Origin: a virus
Lineage: Duplodnaviria; Caudoviricetes
Reading direction: 5' to 3' (one strand)
Length of the DNA stretch: 64,000 bases
Virus record (IMG/VR): IMGVR_UViG_2597490183_000004
Coordinates: 1 to 64,000 of that record
Shown: positions 45,699 to 55,700 of the stretch, piece after piece
How positions within the stretch are numbered: the first letter of the stretch is position 1
How the letters are laid out: each line of letters begins with the position of its first letter
Position numbers and translations under genes: made by a program
Notes under the pieces: generated by a model
Database searches by the model: none
What the model was told of the DNA's origin: nothing
Seen by the model: only the letters and a program-made list of their open reading frames with translations

Positions 45699-46567
45699 CA
45701 GGCCCTCCGTTCGGTTCGTGCGGCCCGGCGCAGCAGGGCGGGTAGTGGTGTGCCGTCGACGGGCCAGGTGGGGGAGTAGGGGATGGTCCAGCACCGGCAG
45801 TGCGGGTGCAGCGGGGGCCCCAGCGGGGCAGTGGCGAACACGGTGCGCCGCGGGTCGAGGCTGAGTGCGGCGGGGAACCGTCGGCCGGCGACGACGCTGC
45901 GCCCTGCGTAGGCGGCGCAGGCCGGGCATGCCCCGGGTTCGGCGACCCACAGGAGTCGGGTGGTCGGCCAGATGGTGCGGGCGACCGCGGTGGCGGCGTG
46001 TGCGGCGGCGCTGGTGACGGCGACGGCCGCGTGACGGGCGATGCGGGTGACGGCACGCCGGGCCCGGTTGAACACCCCGGTGACACCGGCGAATCCGAGG
46101 GCGGTGACGCTCGCCGCAGTGAGGAGCGCCAGGGCCCGGTGGTGCTCTTCCTCAACCGCGGCGGGTACGGCGTCCGCCGTGGCGGCAGCTTCTGGCCCGA
46201 TGACGGGCTGCACCGGTGGGACGGGTTCCCCGCTCATCGCCGCGGCGAGCGCGGAGGCCTGCCTGGCGCTGAGCTGGGCCGAGTTGAACGCGGCGATCCG
46301 GATGCTGTCTGCGGCGAGCTTGCCTTTGCCGCGGAACGCGTCGGCGAGCAGCTGCTTGATGGCTGCGATGAGTCGGTCGAGGGCGCCGGGCGCCGGGGAG
46401 GCCTGTCGGTCGGTGGCGTGGAGCCACTGCCGGGTCGCTGTTCGCTGGGCGTCGGCGAGGGCTTGGGCGAGGGGTTGGGCGGCGTCGTGGGCGGCTTGCT
46501 GCTCGATGCGGCGGAGTGCGGCGGGGAGTTGCCGTGCCGCGTCGGCTATCCGGTTGCTACTGACCAC
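45698..46567 (-). CDS. MuF-like minor capsid/head morphogenesis protein
   Basis: WVAEPGACPACAAYAG...PPLHPHCRC. Confidence 0.8.
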   Translation of the reverse strand: MVSSNRIADAARQLPAALRRIEQQAAHDAAQPLAQALADAQRTATRQWLHATDRQASPAPGALDRLIAAIKQLLADAFRGKGKLAADSIRIAAFNSAQLSARQASALAAAMSGEPVPPVQPVIGPEAAATADAVPAAVEEEHHRALALLTAASVTALGFAGVTGVFNRARRAVTRIARHAAVAVTSAAAHAATAVARTIWPTTRLLWVAEPGACPACAAYAGRSVVAGRRFPAALSLDPRRTVFATAPLGPPLHPHCRCWTIPYSPTWPVDGTPLPALLRRAARTERRA

Positions 46568-46576
46568 CCTCACCAC

Positions 46577-46700
46577 CCCCTTGATCCTTGAATTCAAAGG
46601 ATATCTTGCGCTATGACCTTTGATTGTGCAGCATTGTGGTGGGTTCAGGGTTAACATCTGGGCTAACACGCAAGCGAACAAGGTGTCGCACCAGCGTGCA
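46577..46700. promoter_or_regulatory. AT-rich divergent late promoter region with near-palindrome TCCTTGAATTCAAAGGA
   Basis: Only gap between the divergent packaging and head operons. Confidence 0.5.
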
Positions 46701-46722
46701 GGCCGCCCAAGGAGGCACCGAG

Positions 46723-47520
46723 ATGACGACCCCCGCCCCCGCAGCACCCGAGGGAACCACGGCAGACCCCGGCACCCAGCCGGCCAACCCGCCCACACCC
46801 CCGGCCGCACCAACTGCACCGGCCCAGCCAGAGCCGGCCGCACCCACCACCCCCTCCGAGCCGGTCACCGAGCCGAAGCCCAACGAACCCAAGGCCAAGG
46901 CGCCCAAGTTCGAAGGTGACTTCGACCCCGAGCGCGCGATGAAGGCGATCGAGAACCTCCGAACGGAGGTCGACGATCAGAAGAAGAAGCGCGCGGAGGA
47001 CAAGCAGAAGGCTGCCGACGAGCAGGCCAACTTCATGAAGAGGCTGGCCGGACTCTTCGGTGTCCAGACCGACGAGGAGAAGCCGCCCACCCCCGAAGAG
47101 CTCGCCAAGCAGCTGGCCGAGGAGCAGACCCGGACCAAGGCGTCCGACGATCGCGCCCGCCAGCGAGAGGTCGAACTCGCCGTCTACAAGATGGCCGGGA
47201 AGCACGGCGGCGACCCCGACGCACTGCTCGACTCACGCAACTTCGCCAAGGCCATCGAGAAGCTCGACCCCACCGCAGACGGGTTCGACGAAGCAGTAGC
47301 CAAGGCGGTGAAGACGGCAGTCGACAGCAACTCCAAGCTCGCGGCCAAGGCGCCGAAGCAGGAGCCGGAGCCCACCCCCGCAGGTGGCGCACCGATGGAC
47401 AGGGCCGGTGGGAGCAAGAAGCAGCTGGGTGAGGCGGATGTATCTCGCATGACTCCCAAGCAGATCAACGAGGCCATGGCCGAAGGGCGGCTCGACCGCT
47501 ACCTGGGCAGGGCCGGATAA
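46723..47520 (+). CDS. capsid scaffolding protein
   Basis: AAGGAGG RBS; Pro-rich N-terminus, coiled coil, directly before the major capsid gene. Confidence 0.8.
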   Translation: MTTPAPAAPEGTTADPGTQPANPPTPPAAPTAPAQPEPAAPTTPSEPVTEPKPNEPKAKAPKFEGDFDPERAMKAIENLRTEVDDQKKKRAEDKQKAADEQANFMKRLAGLFGVQTDEEKPPTPEELAKQLAEEQTRTKASDDRARQREVELAVYKMAGKHGGDPDALLDSRNFAKAIEKLDPTADGFDEAVAKAVKTAVDSNSKLAAKAPKQEPEPTPAGGAPMDRAGGSKKQLGEADVSRMTPKQINEAMAEGRLDRYLGRAG

Positions 47521-47529
47521 GGACCCACC

Positions 47530-48390
47530 ATGTCCGTCGCGCTGTTCAAGCCCCAGATCTGGTCCGCCCAGATCCTGGCCGGTCTGGACGAGGCACTCGT
47601 CTACGCGCAGCCCCAGATCGTCAACCGCGACTACGAGGGTGAGATCACCTCGCAGGGCCAGTCGGTGCGGATCGTCACCATCGGCGACCCGAGCATCTTC
47701 CCCTACAAGTCCGGCGACACGATCAACTACGAAGACATCGACACCGCCGGGCTGGACCTGCCCATCGACCAGGGCGACGCGTTCGCGTTCAAGCTCGACG
47801 ACGTCGACAAGGCGCAGGTCGCCCTCAACCCGATGGCGAAGACCACCCAGCGCGCCGCCCGGAAGCTCGCCGCCCAGGCCGACCGGTACGTCGCGTCCCT
47901 GTACACCGGGGTCGCCCCGTCCAACGTCGTCGGCTCCTCCGGCTCCCCGGTCAACATCGCGACGAACCCCAAGGACGCCTGGGACAAGGTCCTCATCCCG
48001 CTCCGCACCAAGCTCAACCGGGCCAACGTCCCCGGCATGGACCGGTACGTCGTCGTGTCCCCCGAGTTCACCGGGGCGCTCCTCCAGGACGACCGGTTCG
48101 TCCGCGTCGACGCCTCCGGCAACGAGCAGGGCCTCCGCAACGGCATCGTCGGCCGCGCCGCCGGCTTCGACGTCCTGGAGTCCAACGTCACCCCGAACCC
48201 CTCCTCCGATACCCAGGTCATCCAGGCCGGCTACCCCGGGGCGCTCACCTTCGTGGACCAGATCCTGGAGACCGAGGCGCTCCGCCTGGAGTCGACGATC
48301 GCCGACGCCGTCCGAGGCCTCCACGTGTACGGCGCGAAGCTGATCCGCCCCGAGGGCATCGCCGTCGCCTACGTCGACCCGTCCGCCTGA
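47530..48390 (+). CDS. major capsid protein (P22-coat/A118-like family)
   Basis: FKPQIWSAQIL, VNRDYEGEI, IDQ..FAFKLDDVD, RGLHVYGAK. Confidence 0.9.
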   Translation: MSVALFKPQIWSAQILAGLDEALVYAQPQIVNRDYEGEITSQGQSVRIVTIGDPSIFPYKSGDTINYEDIDTAGLDLPIDQGDAFAFKLDDVDKAQVALNPMAKTTQRAARKLAAQADRYVASLYTGVAPSNVVGSSGSPVNIATNPKDAWDKVLIPLRTKLNRANVPGMDRYVVVSPEFTGALLQDDRFVRVDASGNEQGLRNGIVGRAAGFDVLESNVTPNPSSDTQVIQAGYPGALTFVDQILETEALRLESTIADAVRGLHVYGAKLIRPEGIAVAYVDPSA

Positions 48391-48430
48391 TCCCTCCCAC
48401 CACCTCGTCGGCGTTCTCTCTGGAGGAATC

Positions 48431-48805
48431 ATGCCGCGCACTGCTCTCACCCCGACCAACCTCGGCGCCACCGACGTCGCCGACCCGACCGGCACCACGG
48501 TCGACTCGACGCTCGTCACGAACGGCGTCGTCATCAACACCGCCGACCCGTCCCGCACCGTGCTGCGCGTCACGAACTCGGCCGGCTCCACCAAGAAGGT
48601 CACCGTCCGCGCCGGCGGCAAGGACGGCCCGGCCTGGATGCGCACCCAGGGCGACACCGAGGTGTCCGTCGCCGCATCCGGCACCCGGTGGATCGGCCCG
48701 TTCTCCGAGGCCCGCTACCTGCAGCACGGCGGGAAGCTGAACATCGACTTCGAGTCCGGTTTCACCGGAACCGTCACCGCGTTCAAGCTCGCCCGGAGCC
48801 TGTGA
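48431..48805 (+). CDS. probable capsid decoration protein
   Basis: Beta-rich protein after the major capsid gene. Confidence 0.6.
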   Translation: MPRTALTPTNLGATDVADPTGTTVDSTLVTNGVVINTADPSRTVLRVTNSAGSTKKVTVRAGGKDGPAWMRTQGDTEVSVAASGTRWIGPFSEARYLQHGGKLNIDFESGFTGTVTAFKLARSL

Positions 48806-49482
48806 TGGCAGCCCGCGAGTATGTCGGCGCGGGTGGCATGCGGGTCCTGCTCGACGAGCCCCTCGACCCGATGATGGCCGCCCAGGTCCACCGGGGTGAG
48901 CTGCGCCTGGTAGGGGACGGCGACCCGCTGCTGGACCCGGGCCAGAAGGTGCTGCCGCAGGTCATCCAGCACGGTGCGGACGCCCCCGCAGCAACCCGCG
49001 TCGGGAAGAACGTACACGGGGCTGCGGAGAAGCCCGCACCCGGTGACCACACTGGGGCGTGGGCCACCTACGCGGTGCGCCTCGGGCTGCTCGCCACGAA
49101 GGCGTCCACCATGTCCCACCAGCAGCTCCTGGAGTGGGTCGACGCCGTCGAGGACACCAACACCGGTGTCGTCGGTGACGCAGGCGAGGGCACCCGAGGC
49201 CCGGAGCACGCGAGCGTCGACGGCCGCCCCAGCGAAGCGCGCGGCGACGTGCACCCGAAGTCGGAGCCCCGGACCTCCCAGGCGCCAGCCGAAGACGGTG
49301 ACGACGAACCTGCGGCCGATCTACCGAAGAAGCCTGCGGCGAACGCCAAGGTTGACACGTGGCGGGAGTACGCCGTCGCCCTGGGCATGGACCCGGACGA
49401 GGCGAAGGACGCCACCAAGCAGGAGTGCCAGGACTACGCCCAGGTCGTCGAGGACGCCCGCGACCCTGAGGGCCAGGAGTAG
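48805..49482 (+). CDS. virion-associated protein with repeated W..YAV.LG motif
   Basis: WATYAVRLG and WREYAVALG repeats. Confidence 0.65.
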   Translation: MAAREYVGAGGMRVLLDEPLDPMMAAQVHRGELRLVGDGDPLLDPGQKVLPQVIQHGADAPAATRVGKNVHGAAEKPAPGDHTGAWATYAVRLGLLATKASTMSHQQLLEWVDAVEDTNTGVVGDAGEGTRGPEHASVDGRPSEARGDVHPKSEPRTSQAPAEDGDDEPAADLPKKPAANAKVDTWREYAVALGMDPDEAKDATKQECQDYAQVVEDARDPEGQE

Positions 49483-49485
49483 CCG

Positions 49486-49857
49486 GTGCCCTACGCGACT
49501 GTCCCCGATCTCGCCGCGTGGCTGGCCCCCGAGCCGGCCCCGCCGAACGCTGTGCGCCTGCTGACGCTGGCATCGCAGCGGATCGACCGCGCCCTGCTGG
49601 GGGCGTGGTACGACCGCTATGACGCCGAGGTTGTGGAGGTGCTGCGGCAAGCGACGGTCCAGCAGGTGCATTGGATGCTGGACCGCGGCGACGAGACCGA
49701 GGCCCAGTCGGACCTGCAGTCGATGTCGACGGGGATCAGGTCGTTCTCGAAGCGCCCGCTGCGGGACGGGGAGCAGCCGCAGCGGCTGGCCTCGTCCGTC
49801 GGGGACCTGTTGCGCACGTGCGGCCTGTTCCGTTTCGATCCGCTGGTGGTGGGCTGA
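49486..49857 (+). CDS. head-tail adaptor
   Basis: YATVPDL...LLTLASQRID; position. Confidence 0.75.
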   Translation: MPYATVPDLAAWLAPEPAPPNAVRLLTLASQRIDRALLGAWYDRYDAEVVEVLRQATVQQVHWMLDRGDETEAQSDLQSMSTGIRSFSKRPLRDGEQPQRLASSVGDLLRTCGLFRFDPLVVG

Positions 49858-50195
49858 TGCCGGGCCACATCGGACGCCAGACCGTGGTGCTCGTTGACGC
49901 ACCGCTGATCGCCGGGGACTACAACACCGTGGTCCGGGACTGGGCGCATGCCACCCGAACCCCGGTGTACGGGTGCACCGTCGATTACGTCTCGTCGACG
50001 GAGTCCCGTGATGCGAAAGACCAAACGGTCACCGCAGCCCAGTTGGACATGCCGCGCCGCGCCCCCTGGGTCTCGGAGTGGCAGCGCGTCGAATGGGACG
50101 GGCGCACCTGGGAGGTCGACGGGGTGCCGCGCGATGTTCAGGAGGCCGGCCCGCTGTCGGGGCAGACGGTGCGGCTGCTGGAGGTAGCGGGATGA
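49857..50195 (+). CDS. head closure protein
   Basis: RVEWDGRTWEVDG; position. Confidence 0.75.
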   Translation: MPGHIGRQTVVLVDAPLIAGDYNTVVRDWAHATRTPVYGCTVDYVSSTESRDAKDQTVTAAQLDMPRRAPWVSEWQRVEWDGRTWEVDGVPRDVQEAGPLSGQTVRLLEVAG

Positions 50196-50527
50196 CCACC
50201 ATCCGCATCGACCTCGACGAGGACGCCATCGCCGGGCTGGCCCTGCACCCCGATGTGCAGGCCGACATGGCGGCCCGCGCGGACGCCGTGGTCGGGGTGG
50301 CAAAGCTGACCGCCCCGGTCGACACGGGCCTGTACCGGGACACCATCCACCGCGTCGAACGCCCCGACCCGGACACGGGTGCGGTCCACGTGGACGCCCC
50401 GGTCCACTACGCGATCTACGTGGAGTACGGCACCCGGCAGACCGACCGGAACGGCCGCCGAATCCATCTGCCCCGGCACGTGCTGGGCAACGCTCTCGAC
50501 GCCGCAGGAGGCGACCACCATGTCTGA
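50192..50527 (+). CDS. HK97 gp10-like neck protein
   Basis: APVDTGLYRDTI...YAIYVEYGT. Confidence 0.85.
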   Translation: MTTIRIDLDEDAIAGLALHPDVQADMAARADAVVGVAKLTAPVDTGLYRDTIHRVERPDPDTGAVHVDAPVHYAIYVEYGTRQTDRNGRRIHLPRHVLGNALDAAGGDHHV

Positions 50528-50732
50528 CCCCAGCACCGTGAAGATGCGCCTGACCTTCTGGCGTGGCGACAAGAAGCCCGGCGACACCGTCGACGTCCCC
50601 GCCGACGAGGTCCACCGCTGGAAGGGCTTCGCCGAAGTCGTCGACCACAAGAAGGCCGACGACGCCGCCAAGACCGCCGGGGAGAAGAACCCGACCACCG
50701 GCAGCCAGCCGCAGAAGGCCGCAGGCAAGTAG
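50520..50732 (+). CDS. small virion-associated protein
   Basis: AGGAGG RBS; KPGDTVDVPADE. Confidence 0.6.
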   Translation: MSDPSTVKMRLTFWRGDKKPGDTVDVPADEVHRWKGFAEVVDHKKADDAAKTAGEKNPTTGSQPQKAAGK

Positions 50733-50734
50733 CC

Positions 50735-51166
50735 ATGGCCGAGCTGCTGGTCCTCCCTGACGGCAAGAAGGTCGCCATTGACCTTCTCGACCTTGACATG
50801 CCCGATGCCTACGTGGCGTCAAAGCTCCCCGAGGGCAAGGCGCTCAACGCCAAGCTTCCGGCGGTCAGGGTCCTGCGCCTCGGCGGCACCAGCACCATGC
50901 GCGGCTGGTCCGACCCGGCCACCACCGACCGGCCCCGGCTCTCCATCGACTGCTACGCCGCCGACGAGGGTGCGGCCATGCGCCTCGCCCTCCGGGTCTG
51001 CGCCCTGTGGGAGCTGTTCCCCGGCCGGTCCACCGAGGACGGCATCGTCAGCGCCATCTCGCAGGAGACCGGCCCGCAAGACCGACCCGAAGAGGCCAAC
51101 ACCGGCATAGCCCGTGTCGGCATGATCCTGGGGATGAGCGTCCGCCCACCCCTCCCGAACAGCTAG
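50735..51166 (+). CDS. tail terminator protein
   Basis: VRVLRLGG...RLSIDCYA; precedes the major tail gene. Confidence 0.75.
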   Translation: MAELLVLPDGKKVAIDLLDLDMPDAYVASKLPEGKALNAKLPAVRVLRLGGTSTMRGWSDPATTDRPRLSIDCYAADEGAAMRLALRVCALWELFPGRSTEDGIVSAISQETGPQDRPEEANTGIARVGMILGMSVRPPLPNS

Positions 51167-51176
51167 GAGGCCCGTC

Positions 51177-51767
51177 GTGGGCGACTCGTCAGAAATCATC
51201 GTCGGCACAGCGGGCAAGGCCTACGCAGCCGAAGTCGGCGCAACGTTCCCCCTTGGCCCCGAGCTGGCCTGGGGCGTGGACTTCACCGACATGGGGTTCA
51301 TCACCCCGGACGGCCTGGAGGAGGCCCTGGCCGAGGAGCGCACCCAGCTCGACGCCTGGGGCGAGGACGCCCCCGTGGTGGACCTCGCGAAGAAGAGGCC
51401 GCAGACGTTCAAGCTCACGTTCCGGCAGACCAACGCCCGACTGCTGTCCCTGTACTACCAGGTGCGGATGGCGAACATGACCAGCACCCCGGCAGTGACC
51501 GGGCCGCCCGCGAAGAAGCAGTTCATCAGCTTCGGATCCGGCTCGGTCACCGACACGGTCGAGATCGCCCTGGGCCTGGACGTCATCTACGGCGGGAAAA
51601 GGCACCGCATCATGATCGCCCGATGCGGTGTCACCGACCGGGGCGCCCGCAAGCACTCGGCGGACGACAGCTCGAACTTCGAGCTCACCTTCACCGCCCT
51701 CGCCGCCCCGGGTGGCGCCCAGGCTGTCCAGCACATGATCACCGACGTGGCGCTGCCCGAGGACTAA
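51177..51767 (+). CDS. major tail tube protein
   Basis: DMGFITPDG, DAWG, FELTFTAL. Confidence 0.85.
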   Translation: MGDSSEIIVGTAGKAYAAEVGATFPLGPELAWGVDFTDMGFITPDGLEEALAEERTQLDAWGEDAPVVDLAKKRPQTFKLTFRQTNARLLSLYYQVRMANMTSTPAVTGPPAKKQFISFGSGSVTDTVEIALGLDVIYGGKRHRIMIARCGVTDRGARKHSADDSSNFELTFTALAAPGGAQAVQHMITDVALPED

Positions 51768-51869
51768 CCCCCGACTGGTGGTCCGTCGCGCTCAATCCCT
51801 GGGCGGGGGCGGCACGACGGGCCACCTGCAAGCCCCCGCCTGCCCCTGCCCAAGTAAGGAACCCACACC

Positions 51870-52283
51870 ATGTCCAAGCCCAACCGCAAGGTCATCCGCC
51901 TCCAGCAGATGCGCGCCCAGCGCGCCTCCGCTCAGAAGCTCCAGTTCCTCGACGTCGTCTTCGAGAACGCCGAAGGGGTCGAAGAGACCTGCACCTTCCC
52001 CGTGCAGGACAACTGGCCCCTTGAGGTCATCGAGGAGGTCGAGGAGAAGGGCGGCAACGCCAACCTCAACGTCCTCCGCGAGATCGCCCGGCCGAAGGAG
52101 GCCTTCGACCGGCTGGTGTCCGGCGCCAAGCTCACCGTCGGCGAACTGAAGGACATCCTCGACGAGATGGGCGAGGAGGCGGGCACTACCCAGGGGGAAG
52201 GCTCTGGCTCCTCCAGCTCCTCCGAGAGCATCCAGGAGCCGTCCGCGCCGACATCCAGCGCTACTACCCCGGCCGCCGCCTAG
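51870..52283 (+). CDS. tail assembly chaperone (G)
   Basis: Between the major tail gene and tape measure; slippery GGGGGAA at 52193-52199. Confidence 0.8.
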   Translation: MSKPNRKVIRLQQMRAQRASAQKLQFLDVVFENAEGVEETCTFPVQDNWPLEVIEEVEEKGGNANLNVLREIARPKEAFDRLVSGAKLTVGELKDILDEMGEEAGTTQGEGSGSSSSSESIQEPSAPTSSATTPAAA

Positions 52284-52690
52284 AGGAGTTCTGGGCCATG
52301 TCCTGGGGCGAAGGGTCCATGAACTGGGCCGAACTCCGCGACCTGGTCCAACACCTGCCCGAGGACTCCGCGACGAAGGCGGCCACCTCTGGGGACGTGG
52401 AGGGCCGTCGCTGGACGCAGAGCACCTACCTGCAAGCCGCCCAGTACAACGCTCTCCTCCTCATGATCCGGGTCCTGTGGGCCGCCCACCTCAAGGGCGA
52501 CCCGCCGGACATGCCACCTGTCGAGTCGCCAGCCACGGAGGTCGATGAGCGGCAGGCCGAACTTGAAGCCGCCGGAATCGCCTACTCCGAGGCAGTCCTC
52601 AACCAGTTCTCACCCGGCACCCAGACCGATCAAGCGGAGATCGACCACTGGGCCAGCAAGCTCCGCGAACTCGAAGCAGCAGCACCGTAG
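52193..52690 (+). CDS. tail assembly chaperone GT extension via -1 frameshift
   Basis: The -1 frame is open from the slippery site: GRLWLLQLLREHPGAVRADIQRYYPG... Confidence 0.75.
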   Translation, partial: GGRLWLLQLLREHPGAVRADIQRYYPGRRLEEFWAMSWGEGSMNWAELRDLVQHLPEDSATKAATSGDVEGRRWTQSTYLQAAQYNALLLMIRVLWAAHLKGDPPDMPPVESPATEVDERQAELEAAGIAYSEAVLNQFSPGTQTDQAEIDHWASKLRELEAAAP

Positions 52691-52704
52691 GAGGGGAGGG
52701 CAGC

Positions 52705-55700
52705 ATGGCCGAGCCGACACTCGTCGGATCCACCCGGGTCTCACTCATTCCGGACACATCCAGCTTCGGCGACCGGCTCCGCATCGAGCTGCCCTCCGCG
52801 ATCCGCCAGCCCGCCAAGCTCGCCGGAGAAGTCGCCGGAGACCAGATCCTCGACGGGATCCGCCGGAAGCTCGCGGCTGCTACCCCCACTGTGCGGGTCG
52901 GTGTCGACCTCCTCACCACGGTGGCTGAGGCCAAGCTCACCAAGCTGACCAAGACGCGCACGGTCAAAATCACCGCCGAGCTGGACGACAAGGCCGCCAC
53001 AACGGCGCTGACCCGCCTCACCCGAGACCGCACGGTGAAGGTCCGAGCCGAGCTCGATGACACCGCGGCGCGCGCCGGGCTGGGCAGGCTCACGGACCAG
53101 CGCACCGTGAAGGTCACTGCCCAACTCGACGACACGGCGGCGAAGGCGGCGCTCGGGAAGCTGAACGCCGACCGCACCGTGAAGATCACAGCGCAGGTCG
53201 ACGACACCGCCGCCAAAGCGAAGCTCGCCGGGTTCGGGCAGACCACCGTCGACATCGTCGCCAAGATCAACGATGCGGCGTACAAGCGAGTCGAGAAAGC
53301 CCTCGCCAAACTCACCGCCGACCGCTTTGTGCAAATCCGCGCCACCCTCGACACCCGGGTCGCCGCCAACGAACTCCGCGGCCTCACCCAGCGGCAGCGG
53401 GTCCGTATCGGTGTCGACGTCGACACCCGGGTAGCCGCGGACGACATCGCCAACCTCACCCGCCGCCGCACCGCACGCATTACCGCCCGCGCCGACACCG
53501 CCAGCGCCGCCACCGCGCTCACCACCCTCACCCGCGACCGGGTCACTAACGTCCGTGTCCGCACTGTCGGACTGTCCGCGCTCACCGGCTCTCTCGCATC
53601 CCTGGGGTCCGCGAGCGGAAGCGGCGGTGGCCTCGGCCGGCTCTCCGGCGGCATCGGGTCACTGGCCGCCGCAGCAGTTCTTGCCCTGCCGCAGATCGCC
53701 TCCCTCGGGTCAGCTGTCGCTCAGCTCGGGCCGCTGGCTGCCGTGGCTGCCCCTGGCGTGCTGACCCTGGCCACCGCGTTCGGCGCGATCAAGCTGGGCA
53801 CGTCCGGGGTCGGCGACGCCATCAAGGCGGCGTTCAGCCCCGCGCCGGCCGAAGCGAAGGCCGCGGTCACTGCGACCCGGCAGGTCGAAACCGCTCAGCG
53901 CTCCCTCGCCAACGCGCAGCGCGGTGTCGCCGACGCCGAACGCAACCTGTCCCAAGCCCAACGCACCGCCCGGCAGGCCCAACAGGAACTGTCCGCTGCC
54001 CGCAGGCAAGCCGCCCGCGACCTGGAGGACATGAACCAGCGCCTCCGCCAAGGCGCACTCGACCAGAAGCAGGCCGCACTCGACATCGAGCAGGCCGAAC
54101 TCGACCTCGCGAAAACCCGCTCCGACCCCACCGCCACCCAGCTGCAGATCCAGCAGGCCAACCTTTCCCTGGAGCGGGCGCGGGCCGCGGCTGAGGAGCA
54201 GTCCCGGCAGCAGAAGCGCCTTCAGGTAGACACCGCCGCCGCGAACAAGGCCGGGGTCGCTGGCTCCGACGCGGTGGTGCAGGCGCAGGAACGAATCCGG
54301 TCGGCCAACGAGCAGGTAGCGGACCAGCAGCGTGGTCTGGTCGACGCCCACCGCGCTGTCGCCGACGCCACCCGGGCCGTTGCGGACGCCCAGCAGAACG
54401 CCGCCACGCAAACCACGAAGCTCGACGACGCCATCTCGAAGCTCAGCCCCAACGCCCGCGGGTTCGTGAACACCCTCCAGGCCATGGCGCCGGCGTGGCG
54501 GGCCATGAAACTCGACGTGCAGGACGCCCTCTTCGCAGGACTCGGCAGTCGGCTCCAGGCCGTCGGCGGGCGGATTCTGCCTACCGTCCGGGCCGGGTTC
54601 GTCGGCGCCGCAGGCGAGCTCAGCGATATGGCGAAGAACGCCCTTACCGCTGTCGCCACCCTGGAACGCACCGGGCAGCTCAAAGGCACGTTCGACGTCA
54701 TCCGCAACGGGCTCGGGAACCTCAACCGCATCCCCGGCCAAGTCCTCACCGGTCTGTCGCAGCTCACTATCGCCGCTGGCCCCGCCTGGGACCGGATCAC
54801 TGCCGGTGCGGGCGAGGCCATGGACCGGGTCATGGGCAAGCTCGCCAAGGGCTTGGAGAACGGCAAGCTTGAGGAGGCCATCAACACCGCCCTCGACATC
54901 GCCGTCCAGTTCGGCGGGGTGCTGGCGGACCTCGGCGGCATCATCAGGAACGTCTTCGGCGCCGCCGCTGATGGGGGCGGCGACTTCTTCGCCATCATCG
55001 GATCCGCCCTGGCAGAGATCCGCCGGGTTACCGCCCTGCCCGAAGTGCAAGATTCACTAAAGGCGATCTTCTCCGCCGTTCAGGCAGTGGCCGGGCTCCT
55101 CGCCGGGGCGCTCGGCGACGCCATCCAAGCAGTCCTGCCGGTCCTCGCCGCCCTGGCGCCCTCGGTGACGCAGGTCGCGAAACTCCTCGGCCCCGCCGTC
55201 TCCGACCTGTTCGCGACGCTGGGGGAGGCGCTTCTTCCTGTCGCCGAGGCCCTGGGTCCGGTTCTGGTGGTGGCCGCCCAGGCGGTCATCGCTCTGGTCA
55301 AGGCGGTGTCGCCGCTGCTCCCTGTCCTCGGGAAGTTGATCGGGGACCTGCTGCCGCTGGTCACTCCGATCTTCGACATGCTGGTGACCGTCTTCAACGC
55401 CCTGGCACCGGTCATTGCGCAGATCGCCGCCCAACTCGGCCCGATCCTCACACCCATCATTGAGGGCCTGGCCGCGGTCATATCCGAGCTGGCGCAGCAG
55501 TTCGCCGCCCAGTTCCTGAACCTCCTCCAGCAGCTGCTGCCGGTTCTGCCGATGCTGATCCCGGCGTTCATCCAGCTCGGCCAGGCCATCGGGCAGATCC
55601 TGTTCGCCCTGGCCCCGTTGCTGCCGCAGTTGCTGCTGCTCAGCACGATGTTCATCGTTGAGCTGTTGCCTGCACTGCTGCCGCTGCTTCCGCCGGTGAT

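Noticed and set aside
52950-53560. Tandem repeats of about 23 aa in the tape measure N-terminus
   Set aside because: Protein-level repeats with diverged codons; ordinary for tape measures
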